From a virus: 64,000 nucleotides of DNA. The position numbers and the translations under genes are program-made. Numbering within the stretch: position 1 is the first letter of the stretch; the number at the start of each line of letters is the position of its first letter. The stretch covers positions 32,001 to 96,000 of the IMG/VR virus record IMGVR_UViG_3300049830_000285; one strand, 5' to 3'. The notes beneath the pieces were generated by a model. That model saw nothing but the letters and a program-made list of their open reading frames with translations. It searched no databases and was not told where the DNA came from. Shown here in pieces: positions 1 through 9,478 of this stretch.

Positions 1-2
1 TT

Positions 3-1760
3 GACGCTCTTGGAACTGCTGTAACTAATGAAATTACTGCTGCTGACATTGCAGAATGTCTTCATGTTGTAACATCAGAAGTAAGCAAGGCTATTCAGTC
101 AGTTACTCGAATGGTTAAAGCTCATATAGGAGACAACTCTGGTGTCGAACCTTCTATGTTGCGCAAGACAGTTTCTAAAGCTGACAAATATCGCGCAGCT
201 TTGGCTACCATTGCCGAAACTGAAACCGAACAACCGATGAAAGACCATATCAAAACAGCTTTGTTTGCTTTTGCAAATGCCGCTGACGAATTGGCTGCTC
301 ATCCACATGAAATTGTTGCTGCTTTATCAAGTGTTGAAGAATCTGATTTGCTCGCAGACATGGAGCTTGCTCGTTCTGCCGCAGTTCGCGCTTCTCGATT
401 AACAGTTAGAGCACGTCGCGATTTCTGGGGTGCGGGACGCTTTGCTTCTAAAGAAGGCGTTTATGAAAATGTTGTTGGTTGGTTGGCTGACTATGCGGAA
501 GCTGGTAACTACTCCAGCGGAAGCATTGTTACTGCTGCTAAGAAATTGGTTGCACAGCCAGTTGCTGCTGAGAAATTAATCAGCAAGGTTATTACAACCA
601 CAACTAAAACAGCCGCTATTCAGGTAACTGACGAGCGAACAAGCACCAAGCGATTGGAATGCACTGTGACCGATATTGGTCTTGACCCGAAAGATGAGGG
701 TTTTGAATCTGCTTTTCGAGACAAGGCAATTGAAATCATGGCTTCCAACGGATACACAGTTGACCCATCTACTTTCACATTCACTGATTTAAATATCAAC
801 GGCGAAACAGTTAGCGCATCTGTAACCTCTACAGTTCGAAAAACATTTAATGCCGATGCTCCTAGCACTGGTATGGTGTCTGGTGCAACTGATGGTGGCG
901 ATATTTCAGCCAATGTTTCAGCACCTGGTTCAGAAGAAATAGCTGAAGCAGCTCCTACCGAAGAGCCAACAGTAGTTATGAGTGAATCAATCAAGAACAT
1001 TCGAATCGCACAGCGACAAGAAATCTTGAGTCGATATGCTCAAATGCCTGGTGGTGGTGGTGGTATGGGCGCTGGTGCCCCTGGTGGAGCTGGTGCTCCT
1101 CCTGCTGGTGATTTAGCTGGTGCGGCTGACGGACTTGGCATTTCCTCGTTCACTGCTCCAACTGCTGAAAATCCAGATGAAGACCCAACAAATGTTGACG
1201 ATATGTCTGAACCAGGAACTAAAAAGCCATGGGGGACAATTTGTCCACAGTGTGGTAGTGAAGATGTTGATGTTGCAAACGGTGAAGGCAACTGTAACTC
1301 ATGTAATGCTCAAATTGAGTATGAGTTCAGCGCCAAAGTTAAGCCAAGTAGTGACAAAGATAAAGGAGCTGAGCCAGCACCTGCCGCTGACGAAGCCGCA
1401 GCACCTGAGCTTGGTGGAGATATGGGACTTGGCGGAGCAACTGCTCCTGCACCTGCTGGTGGCGCTCCCGGTGGAGCCGCACCTGGCCCTGGTGGAACTG
1501 CACCAATGATGATGTCCGCCTCTTACAAGACTAGCCCAGAAGTATTGATTCGTGTTGCACAACTTGGTGACAATTTCGATAGAAATGCTGAAAAGGTTCT
1601 TCCTGTGGGATTCGTATGTCCTAAGTGTGGAGACAAGAATGCAAACAAAATTGCATCAATCGGACGCTCCTATTGCTACGAATGCGGAACCATTGCCGCA
1701 TCTGAAATTCAAGAAAGAAACGGAGAACTTTACTCCACCATTTCATGGGTTATTAACTAA
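3..1760 (+). CDS. 5'-truncated large head-morphogenesis protein, C-terminal part (Gly/Ala/Pro linkers, two Zn-ribbons)
   Basis: Frame is open from position 3 through the listed ATG at 111. Motifs CPQC..CNSC and CPKC..CYEC. Lies directly upstream of the scaffold-decoration-capsid operon. Function is inferred from position only. Confidence 0.45.
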   Translation, partial: DALGTAVTNEITAADIAECLHVVTSEVSKAIQSVTRMVKAHIGDNSGVEPSMLRKTVSKADKYRAALATIAETETEQPMKDHIKTALFAFANAADELAAHPHEIVAALSSVEESDLLADMELARSAAVRASRLTVRARRDFWGAGRFASKEGVYENVVGWLADYAEAGNYSSGSIVTAAKKLVAQPVAAEKLISKVITTTTKTAAIQVTDERTSTKRLECTVTDIGLDPKDEGFESAFRDKAIEIMASNGYTVDPSTFTFTDLNINGETVSASVTSTVRKTFNADAPSTGMVSGATDGGDISANVSAPGSEEIAEAAPTEEPTVVMSESIKNIRIAQRQEILSRYAQMPGGGGGMGAGAPGGAGAPPAGDLAGAADGLGISSFTAPTAENPDEDPTNVDDMSEPGTKKPWGTICPQCGSEDVDVANGEGNCNSCNAQIEYEFSAKVKPSSDKDKGAEPAPAADEAAAPELGGDMGLGGATAPAPAGGAPGGAAPGPGGTAPMMMSASYKTSPEVLIRVAQLGDNFDRNAEKVLPVGFVCPKCGDKNANKIASIGRSYCYECGTIAASEIQERNGELYSTISWVIN

Positions 1761-1776
1761 GAAAACTTAGTTATCC

Positions 1777-1808
1777 GGCTCCTAAGGCATCGCCTTGGGA
1801 GCCTTTTT
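1777..1808 (+). terminator. Rho-independent terminator
   Basis: GGCTCCTAAGGC-ATC-GCCTTGGGAGCC followed by TTTTT, just after stop at 1760. Confidence 0.85.
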
Positions 1809-1850
1809 GGTTCATTATAAGCTTTTTTCACAGAATATGCCATGTTTTGC

Positions 1851-1875
1851 AGGTGAAAACAAAAAAGATTTAGAA
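1851..1875 (+). promoter_or_regulatory. AGG-N18-NGAA motif (candidate late promoter), head operon
   Basis: AGG 1851-53, AGAA 1872-75. One of 12 equally spaced copies. Confidence 0.6.
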
Positions 1876-1887
1876 GACATTAAGTGT

Positions 1888-1907
1888 TGCGAGAAATAGT
1901 TCTCGCA
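1888..1907 (+). other. 5' UTR hairpin of the head operon
   Basis: TGCGAGAA-ATAG-TTCTCGCA perfect 8-bp stem, upstream of the SD and ATG 1935. Confidence 0.5.
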
Positions 1908-1934
1908 CGAGACAGAAAGGGAGCAAGTCAGTAA

Positions 1935-3794
1935 ATGAAAACTCAAAATACAAGCGCCCACCGTGATGCGGTTCGAAAGTCAATGAAATTGGCTGAGTTC
2001 CGTGACATCTTAAGTGCTACTGACGCAACCGATATGGAAACCTGTGTAAATGATTTAGTCAAGAATGCAGGATTGAGCATAACGGAGGCGCGAGTAGTTG
2101 CTGCTGCCTATCGCAACGAAGCTCTTCCTCGAATTGCCCATGAAATGGGATTAGGAGAAGAAGAAGCAAGAGGTGCAATAGGACTTCATGGTGGCATGAA
2201 GACTACTGACTTCGCAAAAGCTAAACCACACGACGACGAATTTAAAGACGACAAGGATGGCATCTTGCCTAGCGATGAATCTATTGATGAGGAAATCGAA
2301 GAGCATGGTCACACTCCATCAGCAGAGGAAGAAGGTATGGAAGGGGAAACCCCTGAAATGCACTCACCGGAAGTTGAGGAAGCTATCGAAGATAAAGGCG
2401 CTATGATGCCTAACGAAGATTTAAACACAGATTTAAGCGAAGTAAACGAAGATAAAGGCGAAACAGCTTTAATACAAATTGAAGTACCCGCAAGCGAGAT
2501 TGATGCAGTTCAACGATTGTTGGACGAACATTTCGGAGGCGGATTAAACGCTCACGATGATGATGCCCTGCCAATCAAGGAAGAATCTCTTCCAATGGAT
2601 GGTGGTGCAGAATTTGCGGAATCAGCCCCGGCAAACCCGCTAAATACACACGAACACGAACAGGTGGAACCACAAATGGATGCAAAACAGCTATTAGCTC
2701 GCAGAAATGAACGTGCTGCAATTCTTGCAGGCACAAACACCCGCACGGTTACTGCCGAAGATGACACAAAGCCAAAGGACATTGGACTTGGCAAGGATAC
2801 TTCTGATGGTGGAAAATCGTTCCAGTATGCGGGAGATGCTCAATATAAGGGCGAAGACGACCGACCAACTGCTACTAAGCAGAATTCTGAAGGCAATAGC
2901 CTTCGAGAACAGAATCCTACTTTCAAGAAGCAGCCAGTCCCAACCAACAACGCTGATAACCTACAGCTTAAGAGCGGCTATGACGCTGTTAAGAGAGAAG
3001 GCAGCCCTGACGGAACATTAGATTACACAGTCGATTTCGACCAGTTGAATAAAATTCCTTCGTCAGACCCAGACAGAATTGACGGATATACCGTCCCAAC
3101 ACAAATGCAAGAAGTAGTTGGCCCACGTAAGACGACTATTGCTGAGCGCATTGTAGAATGCAGCGGATGTAATAACCCTCATACAAAGTCTATTAATCAA
3201 GCTGAGTGTCAGGACTGCAAAACAGTCATTGCTATCTGTGAAGATTGCGAGAACGAAGGCTATTGCCCAGTTTGTGCAGGAGTCACAGTTGCTAAGACCG
3301 TTGAGGCAGAAGACAGTGGTGTAACAATCGAAATTGATGCCAAGAAAGATACTGAAGAAGCAAAGGGTACCAACCCTAGCGTCAAGCAGAACAATGGTGA
3401 TGGTTTCGTTCGCAAGCCACATGAAGACGACGAATCATCTCGTAAAGCGATGGCTCTATCCCAAGCTCGTATGAAGACAGCTTACTCTGTAAGCTACAAA
3501 CTTGCTTTGGCTGGTGTTATTGAAGCCGAGGAAGTGGACAGCAATGTGGATATGTGGTTGGCTGATGGCTTGAGCCCAGCGACTATGGTTTCACAAGGCA
3601 AGTTAATGCTTAAGTCCGCATCGTCAGCGGCAGAAAGAGTTGCTTCTAGCTTCTCTGATAATCGCAACGTTCGAACAGCGAACGTCTCTTTGAACCCTGG
3701 TGCATTTGTTACTGCGTCTACGCAAAACAATGCTCCAAATGACTTAAGAGAGGCTCTTCGCAGCATTCTCATGCCGAAATACGAGGATTCTTAA
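1935..3794 (+). CDS. Acidic scaffold-like head assembly protein with internal Cys-rich Zn-binding segment
   Basis: 619 aa, very acidic, CxxC pairs (CSGC, CQDC, CEDC, CPVC), helical C-terminus. SD present. Directly upstream of decoration and capsid genes. Confidence 0.55.
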   Translation: MKTQNTSAHRDAVRKSMKLAEFRDILSATDATDMETCVNDLVKNAGLSITEARVVAAAYRNEALPRIAHEMGLGEEEARGAIGLHGGMKTTDFAKAKPHDDEFKDDKDGILPSDESIDEEIEEHGHTPSAEEEGMEGETPEMHSPEVEEAIEDKGAMMPNEDLNTDLSEVNEDKGETALIQIEVPASEIDAVQRLLDEHFGGGLNAHDDDALPIKEESLPMDGGAEFAESAPANPLNTHEHEQVEPQMDAKQLLARRNERAAILAGTNTRTVTAEDDTKPKDIGLGKDTSDGGKSFQYAGDAQYKGEDDRPTATKQNSEGNSLREQNPTFKKQPVPTNNADNLQLKSGYDAVKREGSPDGTLDYTVDFDQLNKIPSSDPDRIDGYTVPTQMQEVVGPRKTTIAERIVECSGCNNPHTKSINQAECQDCKTVIAICEDCENEGYCPVCAGVTVAKTVEAEDSGVTIEIDAKKDTEEAKGTNPSVKQNNGDGFVRKPHEDDESSRKAMALSQARMKTAYSVSYKLALAGVIEAEEVDSNVDMWLADGLSPATMVSQGKLMLKSASSAAERVASSFSDNRNVRTANVSLNPGAFVTASTQNNAPNDLREALRSILMPKYEDS

Positions 3795-3830
3795 TCGGTT
3801 TCGGAAATCTCTAGGAGGAAATAAAAAACA

Positions 3831-4508
3831 ATGGCTATTCGACCACTATTCGAACTCATTCAAGGAAACTTCGAAATGAGCAAATCAGTTACCTGCTTGG
3901 CAGGTGACGCCTTAGTCCGCAGCCCATATACTGGACTCTGCATTGTTGCAGACCGTTCTTTGGTTGCAACTGCATACAACTCGGGCACAGGTGCCTTCAG
4001 CCACACAGCGCATACATTTGTAGGCTTTGCTGCTGATGACCACGCTCGAACTGGTGCAACGATGATTCTGCCTGACCCAGTTGGTTCAACTGTTGTTAGC
4101 TCAGATGGTAGCACGTTCACTGCTTCTAACAACGGTTTCTATGCTGTTGCAAAGCGAGCTTTGGGCGATTTCGTTGACGAACTCGTAACTAACGTTTCTG
4201 ACCCAACTAGTGGTTCCACTGGTTATCAGGGCCCACGCCGAGGTATTGGTGTTTACACCTCTCCTTCAGGTCAATTCGTTACAGACCGATTCGTTGCTGT
4301 TATTACAACTGCTGCAAGCACCGACGACACCAACCCATACACATTCTTGCCAGGTGACTACTTGACATTCGGTGCGACCGCAAATGCTGGAAAGCTTGTT
4401 GCTATCGACCGAGCCAACCCAACCTTCGGTGAACCCGTTGCTAAAGTTGACAAGTACGACGCTACCGCAGGATTGCTGTACTTCACACAAATCGGAGCTA
4501 TTAACTAA
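3831..4508 (+). CDS. Capsid decoration / minor head protein
   Basis: 225 aa, small-residue beta-rich, strong SD (AGGAGG), located between scaffold and MCP, a usual position for head decoration proteins. Confidence 0.55.
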   Translation: MAIRPLFELIQGNFEMSKSVTCLAGDALVRSPYTGLCIVADRSLVATAYNSGTGAFSHTAHTFVGFAADDHARTGATMILPDPVGSTVVSSDGSTFTASNNGFYAVAKRALGDFVDELVTNVSDPTSGSTGYQGPRRGIGVYTSPSGQFVTDRFVAVITTAASTDDTNPYTFLPGDYLTFGATANAGKLVAIDRANPTFGEPVAKVDKYDATAGLLYFTQIGAIN

Positions 4509-4546
4509 GGTTAGTGCCTAACGAGGAAAAGGAGAATTAAAAGAAA

Positions 4547-5407
4547 ATGAGCATGGTACGAAACAATCGAAACACCAATGAGCAAAGAGAAGCTATTATT
4601 GCAATGGCTCTTGACACCGCCGATGGACGTGTTGCTCTCGCGCAAGCGATGGTGGAACCCATCAAAACAAGCTTGATGTATCAAGCAATCGGACGTAAGC
4701 TTTTGATGGTAGACGAATTGCCTCAAGGCGCTCTCCCACGATACGAACGAGATGTGGCTGTGAAGTCATATGTCATTCCAAAGCGTGGTATGGTTCCAAC
4801 TCACGTAGTTGAAGCTGAAGAGTTGTTAATCCCAGTTGTTGAGTTGGCTACCAACCCTACAATCAAGATTAACGAAATCAACCAACGACGATACTACATC
4901 GTTGACCGAGCGCAAGTTCGTGCAAAGGATAGTATCCAACGACAAGAAGACGTTGAAGTGTTCAAGGTCATCAACGCCGCAGTTCCTACCGACCACAGCA
5001 TTGCTGTTGCTGGTACATTGCAGCCAGAAAACATCAACCTCGCGTTGACGTTGATTGAAGAGCACGAATTGATTGGCGCAAAGGTCATTATGCACCCACA
5101 GCGCTACAAGGACGTTCGAGACTGGGGTAAGGATTTCTTCGACGAGGCAACTCAACGAGACATCTTGATGACTGGTCTTTACGGTCACATCTACTCTGCG
5201 GACATCCATGTTTCGACAATGGTTCCAAAGAACGCTGTGTACGTGCTTGCACCTGCGCAGTTCGTAGGCGCGATGCCTGTTCGACAGGACATCACTGTTC
5301 TTCCTGCTGACGACCCTAAGAAGCTTCGACTTGGTTGGGTTGTTTTCGAAGAAGTTGGCTTCGGTGTTATAAACGACTACGCGATTAGTCGAATCATCGT
5401 TAGCTAA
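4547..5407 (+). CDS. Major capsid protein, HK97 fold
   Basis: 286 aa with MCP-like pattern (RKLLMVDELPQGALPRYERD ... G.IYSADIHVST.VP...YVL ... EEVGFGVIN). Strong SD, biased codon use, followed by a terminator. Confidence 0.85.
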   Translation: MSMVRNNRNTNEQREAIIAMALDTADGRVALAQAMVEPIKTSLMYQAIGRKLLMVDELPQGALPRYERDVAVKSYVIPKRGMVPTHVVEAEELLIPVVELATNPTIKINEINQRRYYIVDRAQVRAKDSIQRQEDVEVFKVINAAVPTDHSIAVAGTLQPENINLALTLIEEHELIGAKVIMHPQRYKDVRDWGKDFFDEATQRDILMTGLYGHIYSADIHVSTMVPKNAVYVLAPAQFVGAMPVRQDITVLPADDPKKLRLGWVVFEEVGFGVINDYAISRIIVS

Positions 5408-5444
5408 TAACTAACAACAATTAAAAAAATAGTTTACTATTTTT

Positions 5445-5477
5445 AGGCTAGAAAGGAAACTTTCTAGCCTTTTTTTA
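5445..5477 (+). terminator. Rho-independent terminator of capsid operon
   Basis: AGGCTAGAAAG-GAAA-CTTTCTAGCCT followed by a T-run. Confidence 0.9.
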
Positions 5478-5486
5478 TGGTATAAT
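5478..5486 (+). promoter_or_regulatory. Extended -10 promoter (TGGTATAAT)
   Basis: TG-G-TATAAT ending 6 nt before ATG 5493, no SD. Confidence 0.7.
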
Positions 5487-5492
5487 TAGGTT

Positions 5493-5930
5493 ATGTTAGA
5501 AAGATGGAAGTTAAAAACTCCGCGAGATAAATCGTTAATAAATATTCACGTTTTACATCAAGAGACATTTAATAAATTTGGTTATTATCCAGAAGAAATA
5601 TCTCATGCATCAAGCAAAGAAGTCGCCTGGAAGTGCCTAGATTGTCCAAAAATATCGTTCGGAAGAGAAAAGGATATTAAAAAAGGTAAGAGATGCTTGT
5701 CTTGCGCACAAAGAATAAGAACTCAAAATCGCAATCAGCAAATGAAAGAACAAGGCTTAGCTCCAAACGGTATCGTTTTAGGAACTAGAAATAAAGTTGG
5801 TTATCGAGAAAAACACCGATTATGGCGTAAAAAATGGCGTGCCACTCCAATTGGCTGTCTAACCAACCGTCTTCGCGTCAGTCTGAAGAGAGTTCATAAA
5901 GGGATGATTGTAAGATATCACAATATCTAA
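5493..5930 (+). CDS. Zn-ribbon protein, probable truncated homing endonuclease remnant
   Basis: WKCLDC..RCLSC zinc ribbon and basic helix as seen in endonuclease-associated domains. No nuclease catalytic motif before the stop. Confidence 0.45.
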   Translation: MLERWKLKTPRDKSLINIHVLHQETFNKFGYYPEEISHASSKEVAWKCLDCPKISFGREKDIKKGKRCLSCAQRIRTQNRNQQMKEQGLAPNGIVLGTRNKVGYREKHRLWRKKWRATPIGCLTNRLRVSLKRVHKGMIVRYHNI

Positions 5931-5935
5931 AATAG

Positions 5936-5944
5936 TGGTATAAT
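5936..5944 (+). promoter_or_regulatory. Extended -10 promoter (TGGTATAAT)
   Basis: TG-G-TATAAT ending 6 nt before ATG 5951, no SD. Confidence 0.7.
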
Positions 5945-5950
5945 TTACTT

Positions 5951-6478
5951 ATGGTACTAATAGTTCACGAAGACGTTCAAAACATATTGCCTCATTTAGA
6001 TTCATTTGTTATTAGTAATGAATTTGATAAAGTCAAAATAAATCTTGCAAAGCACATTGCCAATAAAAATAATATTGGATATGAAACAATTGATGCGTTT
6101 GATTTTCCTGCTGCTACCACCATTAAAGGCTATGCTATAGAATTCTTAAAGAAACACAACGTTAAGAATATTGATGTGTTGGATAATTTAAATTTGATAT
6201 ACATATTTGCCAATGCTTTAGGTTTTCGCAAGACTGAAGAATATGAAGTTTACTCTGAAGAGCAAATGCAACATTGGCGCAAAACAAGCACGACGGCAAA
6301 TAAAAACGCAGAAGAAGAAAAACATCTTCGTGCTGCTTATGCGATGAATGTCATAAACACTGCAATTGAAAGCGCACACGCAAAAGGATTAGCACTCGAT
6401 GTCACGCTTCTGACAAAAGAAGAATTATTTCCAAATAGAACTATAGTTAGCGCCGCGAGAATGAATAAAGGATTTTAA
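5951..6478 (+). CDS. Hypothetical protein
   Basis: 175-aa ORF with upstream promoter. No motif recognised. Confidence 0.7.
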   Translation: MVLIVHEDVQNILPHLDSFVISNEFDKVKINLAKHIANKNNIGYETIDAFDFPAATTIKGYAIEFLKKHNVKNIDVLDNLNLIYIFANALGFRKTEEYEVYSEEQMQHWRKTSTTANKNAEEEKHLRAAYAMNVINTAIESAHAKGLALDVTLLTKEELFPNRTIVSAARMNKGF

Positions 6479-6672
6479 TGCACAGGAATACTCTTCGCGC
6501 ACAAGCATTAAAGGCATTGTTTCCTAAATTCAATGGCAAAATTGAAGATTACATCATTGATGTACAAATTCAATCATTGATTGCGCGTGGCATTATGGAA
6601 GAAGGCGATTTGTATATAATTTTTGACCCTGATTGGACACAGGGTATTCCAAGCGTGGCTCCATATTTTTGA
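6478..6672 (+). CDS. Hypothetical protein
   Basis: 64 aa, TAATG-coupled to upstream gene. Confidence 0.6.
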   Translation: MHRNTLRAQALKALFPKFNGKIEDYIIDVQIQSLIARGIMEEGDLYIIFDPDWTQGIPSVAPYF

Positions 6673-7200
6673 TTACAATTCCACTTCTTGCTTATTGAAA
6701 AACGCTTTGGGTTGAAGTAATTTACCGCTCCACCACTCAAGTTCGACACCAGCTTCTGCCAAGAGTTCAATTGCGTGTTTATGGTCTTCTGTCCATCGGT
6801 GGTCGGCAAGTCCATAGGCTGCGTCATAAGCTTCTTGCCCATCTTTGTGTACGATAACCTTAGAGATACCAACCTGAACAATTGCTCTGGCGCAATCCAT
6901 ACAAGGCATAATCGTAACATAAATCGTACAATTCTCTAAACTTGTACCTTGACGAGCGCTGTTATAAATTGCATTTCGCTCTGCGTGTTCTGTGTAAAGA
7001 TATTTGAGCGGTCTCTCGTGTCGCGGGTCATCGTCCCCCCATGGAGATGTGCCTCTGCACCAGCCATTATAGCCCATAGCAAGCACAACGTTTGTTGGAT
7101 TGACTACAACCGCGCCAACCTTAGTTCCCTTGTCAGAGCTACGCATTGCCATAAGACAAGCCATAGTCATAAATGTTTCTTTCCACTCTGCTCTTTTCAA
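6673..7200 (-). CDS. dCMP deaminase
   Basis: KVGAVVV, MGYNG, HAERNAI and PCMDC zinc-deaminase motifs. TTG start. Confidence 0.92.
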   Translation of the reverse strand: MKRAEWKETFMTMACLMAMRSSDKGTKVGAVVVNPTNVVLAMGYNGWCRGTSPWGDDDPRHERPLKYLYTEHAERNAIYNSARQGTSLENCTIYVTIMPCMDCARAIVQVGISKVIVHKDGQEAYDAAYGLADHRWTEDHKHAIELLAEAGVELEWWSGKLLQPKAFFNKQEVEL

Positions 7201-7679
7201 TTTCGTCTACTCCACACAATCTGTGATTCGTATTTCATTATAGCACCTTCGTAGGGCTTAATTGAATCTTCTGGCGTAAGAACAACAACACTGGAGCGAG
7301 GAATGCGAAAATAACTCCATCGGCTATCTAATGGAGAATCTATCCATTCTGGCGTCACACGGACACTTGTTGTCAATCGCATGTCGCCCTTATTAAGAGA
7401 TAAATCTGGAATAATTTCCTCTTCTTCAATGTTCGAACACCACTGGGCACATTCTTCTTTAAATTCATATAAACCACCCTCATATTCTCCATTACAGAAT
7501 GATTCAGGGTAAAATCCGGGAACAAGCTCAAGTAAAGGTATGTGTTCGATGACAAGGAGAACACAGTTATAAATAATGGTTGCGGGTTCAATAAGCTCAA
7601 GATATTTTGGCTTTGCATCAGAATCGCGCATATAAAACAAGCGCGAAGCCTCTTTCAGTTCTTCTTCTTTCGTAGACAT
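7197..7679 (-). CDS. Hypothetical protein
   Basis: 160-aa ORF overlapping the deaminase start by 4 nt. TACAAT lies 7 nt upstream of its ATG. Confidence 0.7.
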   Translation of the reverse strand: MSTKEEELKEASRLFYMRDSDAKPKYLELIEPATIIYNCVLLVIEHIPLLELVPGFYPESFCNGEYEGGLYEFKEECAQWCSNIEEEEIIPDLSLNKGDMRLTTSVRVTPEWIDSPLDSRWSYFRIPRSSVVVLTPEDSIKPYEGAIMKYESQIVWSRRN

Positions 7680-7698
7680 TGTGCAGATTGTACCTTAA

Positions 7699-8037
7699 AT
7701 GTACGAATATAATAATATGAACGAAAGATTGTTAGAACTTGAGGATTTTACACCACTCAGTGCTTTTGCTCCAAATTTTGCCAAATGGCTCAACCATGCT
7801 GATAGAAATAGTAAAAATGATGAATTATTGCGTTTTTACGGTCAACAATTAACTGCTGCCGAAGCAGCGTTTTGCGGTAGTTATGCCAGACATATAATCC
7901 TTGGTACGCAGCCGCCGAATCTAGAAGAAGGGTCTTTTGATGGTTCTCCGGTTTATCGACAATGTTTGTTGGAAAAAATTGTAAGAGAGAAATTGAAAAC
8001 AGATAATTATGTCTTTCCATTAGCAGTTAGGATTTAA
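7699..8037 (+). CDS. Hypothetical protein
   Basis: 112-aa ORF, divergent from 7679. Confidence 0.65.
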   Translation: MYEYNNMNERLLELEDFTPLSAFAPNFAKWLNHADRNSKNDELLRFYGQQLTAAEAAFCGSYARHIILGTQPPNLEEGSFDGSPVYRQCLLEKIVREKLKTDNYVFPLAVRI

Positions 8038-8053
8038 TTGTAAAATATCACTA

Positions 8054-8347
8054 ATGAGTGACGAAAACCCATTAGTGAAGCAATCATCGTTAGATGATAT
8101 TGCAGAAAATTGCACATTGGCGTGTTTGGAGCACGGAGCCAATCTATATCGAAATATCATATCAGCTTGTTTCGAATCAAAATTTCAAGGCATGGATGAA
8201 TGCATGAATTTCATTGACAGCATGATACACGCAGACATTAGTCATTTAACTGGTGCAGAACAACGAGCTGTGCTCTTGACACTGAACAATATTCGCATAG
8301 CATTCGCTCATCAAAGAGAGTTAATAATCAAGGCATACGATAAATAG
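8054..8347 (+). CDS. Hypothetical protein (ends in TAG)
   Basis: 97 aa. TAAAAT lies 7 nt before the ATG. Confidence 0.65.
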   Translation: MSDENPLVKQSSLDDIAENCTLACLEHGANLYRNIISACFESKFQGMDECMNFIDSMIHADISHLTGAEQRAVLLTLNNIRIAFAHQRELIIKAYDK

Positions 8348-8360
8348 GTATACTCACGGA

Positions 8361-8930
8361 ATGGATGTAAAAATACCAGACCTTTACGCTCCTCTTTTTG
8401 ACAACAAAAATGGTGTAGTAAAGTATCCGAACGATGTTCTTAGGAAAATTGCCGAACCCGTTGGCGAAAATGAAGATGTCAGTGCTATTATCGCACAAAT
8501 GTCAAATATTCTTGGTAAAACAACTGGTATAGGATTAGCAGCGCCACAAATAGGTGTCAGCAAACGTATTATCATGGTGAGACGCGATAAGAGATATGCT
8601 TTAATTAACCCAGTTATTGAAGAAGCCTCTGGTGTTTTTACAGCAGACGAAGGCTGTATGAGCATCCCGAATCTATGGGGACATGTTGTTCGTCATCAAT
8701 CAATCACTCTCCGTGGCACCTCTCCACATGGAAAGGAAGTGGTGCTCAAGCTCACAGACATGGAAGCTGTTGTGCCTCAGCATGAAATCGACCATTTAGA
8801 TGGAATATTATTCATTGACAAATCCATTCCAAAATCACTTAATTGGTTTGCGAAAAAAATTGGAATACCGTTAAGCGCCGAGTTTGAAGATATCCTCAAG
8901 AATGAAGACGAAGAAGGTACACAATCATGA
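8361..8930 (+). CDS. def: Peptide deformylase
   Basis: GIGLAAPQIG, EGCMS and QHEIDHLDG motifs all intact. Confidence 0.95.
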   Translation: MDVKIPDLYAPLFDNKNGVVKYPNDVLRKIAEPVGENEDVSAIIAQMSNILGKTTGIGLAAPQIGVSKRIIMVRRDKRYALINPVIEEASGVFTADEGCMSIPNLWGHVVRHQSITLRGTSPHGKEVVLKLTDMEAVVPQHEIDHLDGILFIDKSIPKSLNWFAKKIGIPLSAEFEDILKNEDEEGTQS

Positions 8931-9457
8931 TAACAATTGACGAATTGCAAGTCACGCAACGGAATATTAGGAATCCAGAGCAACTTGCGCGAATGACTGC
9001 ATTTGTAAAGAACGATGGATTTTTCACCAAAAATTGTTTAAGCAAGCACCAAAGTCGTGGAAAGACATCTCCATTAATCGAAATCACACAATTTGAAGAT
9101 GGACAATATTTTTTACACGACGGACATCATCGTGCAGCCGCTATTGTGCTGGGTGGAAGAGATTTCATCGACGGGACAGAATATCGAATCCGTCAGTTCA
9201 CATATGAACAATACATCAAACCAAATTTAGCAGTTGAATGGTGGACACCGTTCGACCCTAGAATCGAACTTCGTCTCACGGATACTTCCACTTACAAAAA
9301 TATGTTACATAAGCTGAAAGATGCTGTTCCCCCAGAAACAGAGGATATTTCAATGCTGGAGGAAGCATTGCTGCATAGCATTTACACTAAGCGTCATTTA
9401 TACGTCGAACCCCGAAATGGTTTGTTTACATTGCGCGAATTTGTAGGCTCTTTGTAA
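8927..9457 (+). CDS. ParB/sulfiredoxin-like N-terminal domain protein
   Basis: LQVTQ..., PLIEI and YFLHDGHHRAAA match the ParB-like DGHHR motif. Confidence 0.6.
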   Translation: MITIDELQVTQRNIRNPEQLARMTAFVKNDGFFTKNCLSKHQSRGKTSPLIEITQFEDGQYFLHDGHHRAAAIVLGGRDFIDGTEYRIRQFTYEQYIKPNLAVEWWTPFDPRIELRLTDTSTYKNMLHKLKDAVPPETEDISMLEEALLHSIYTKRHLYVEPRNGLFTLREFVGSL

Positions 9458-9470
9458 CATCTGGTAGAAT
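9445..9470 (+). promoter_or_regulatory. AGG-N18-NGAA motif overlapping an extended -10 (TGGTAGAAT)
   Basis: AGG 9445-47, AGAA 9466-69, ATG at 9479. Confidence 0.55.
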
Positions 9471-9478
9471 ATCACTGT

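Noticed and set aside
4547-5407. Bacterial encapsulin operon
   Set aside because: The context has scaffold, decoration, neck, tail and baseplate genes, which indicates a phage capsid.
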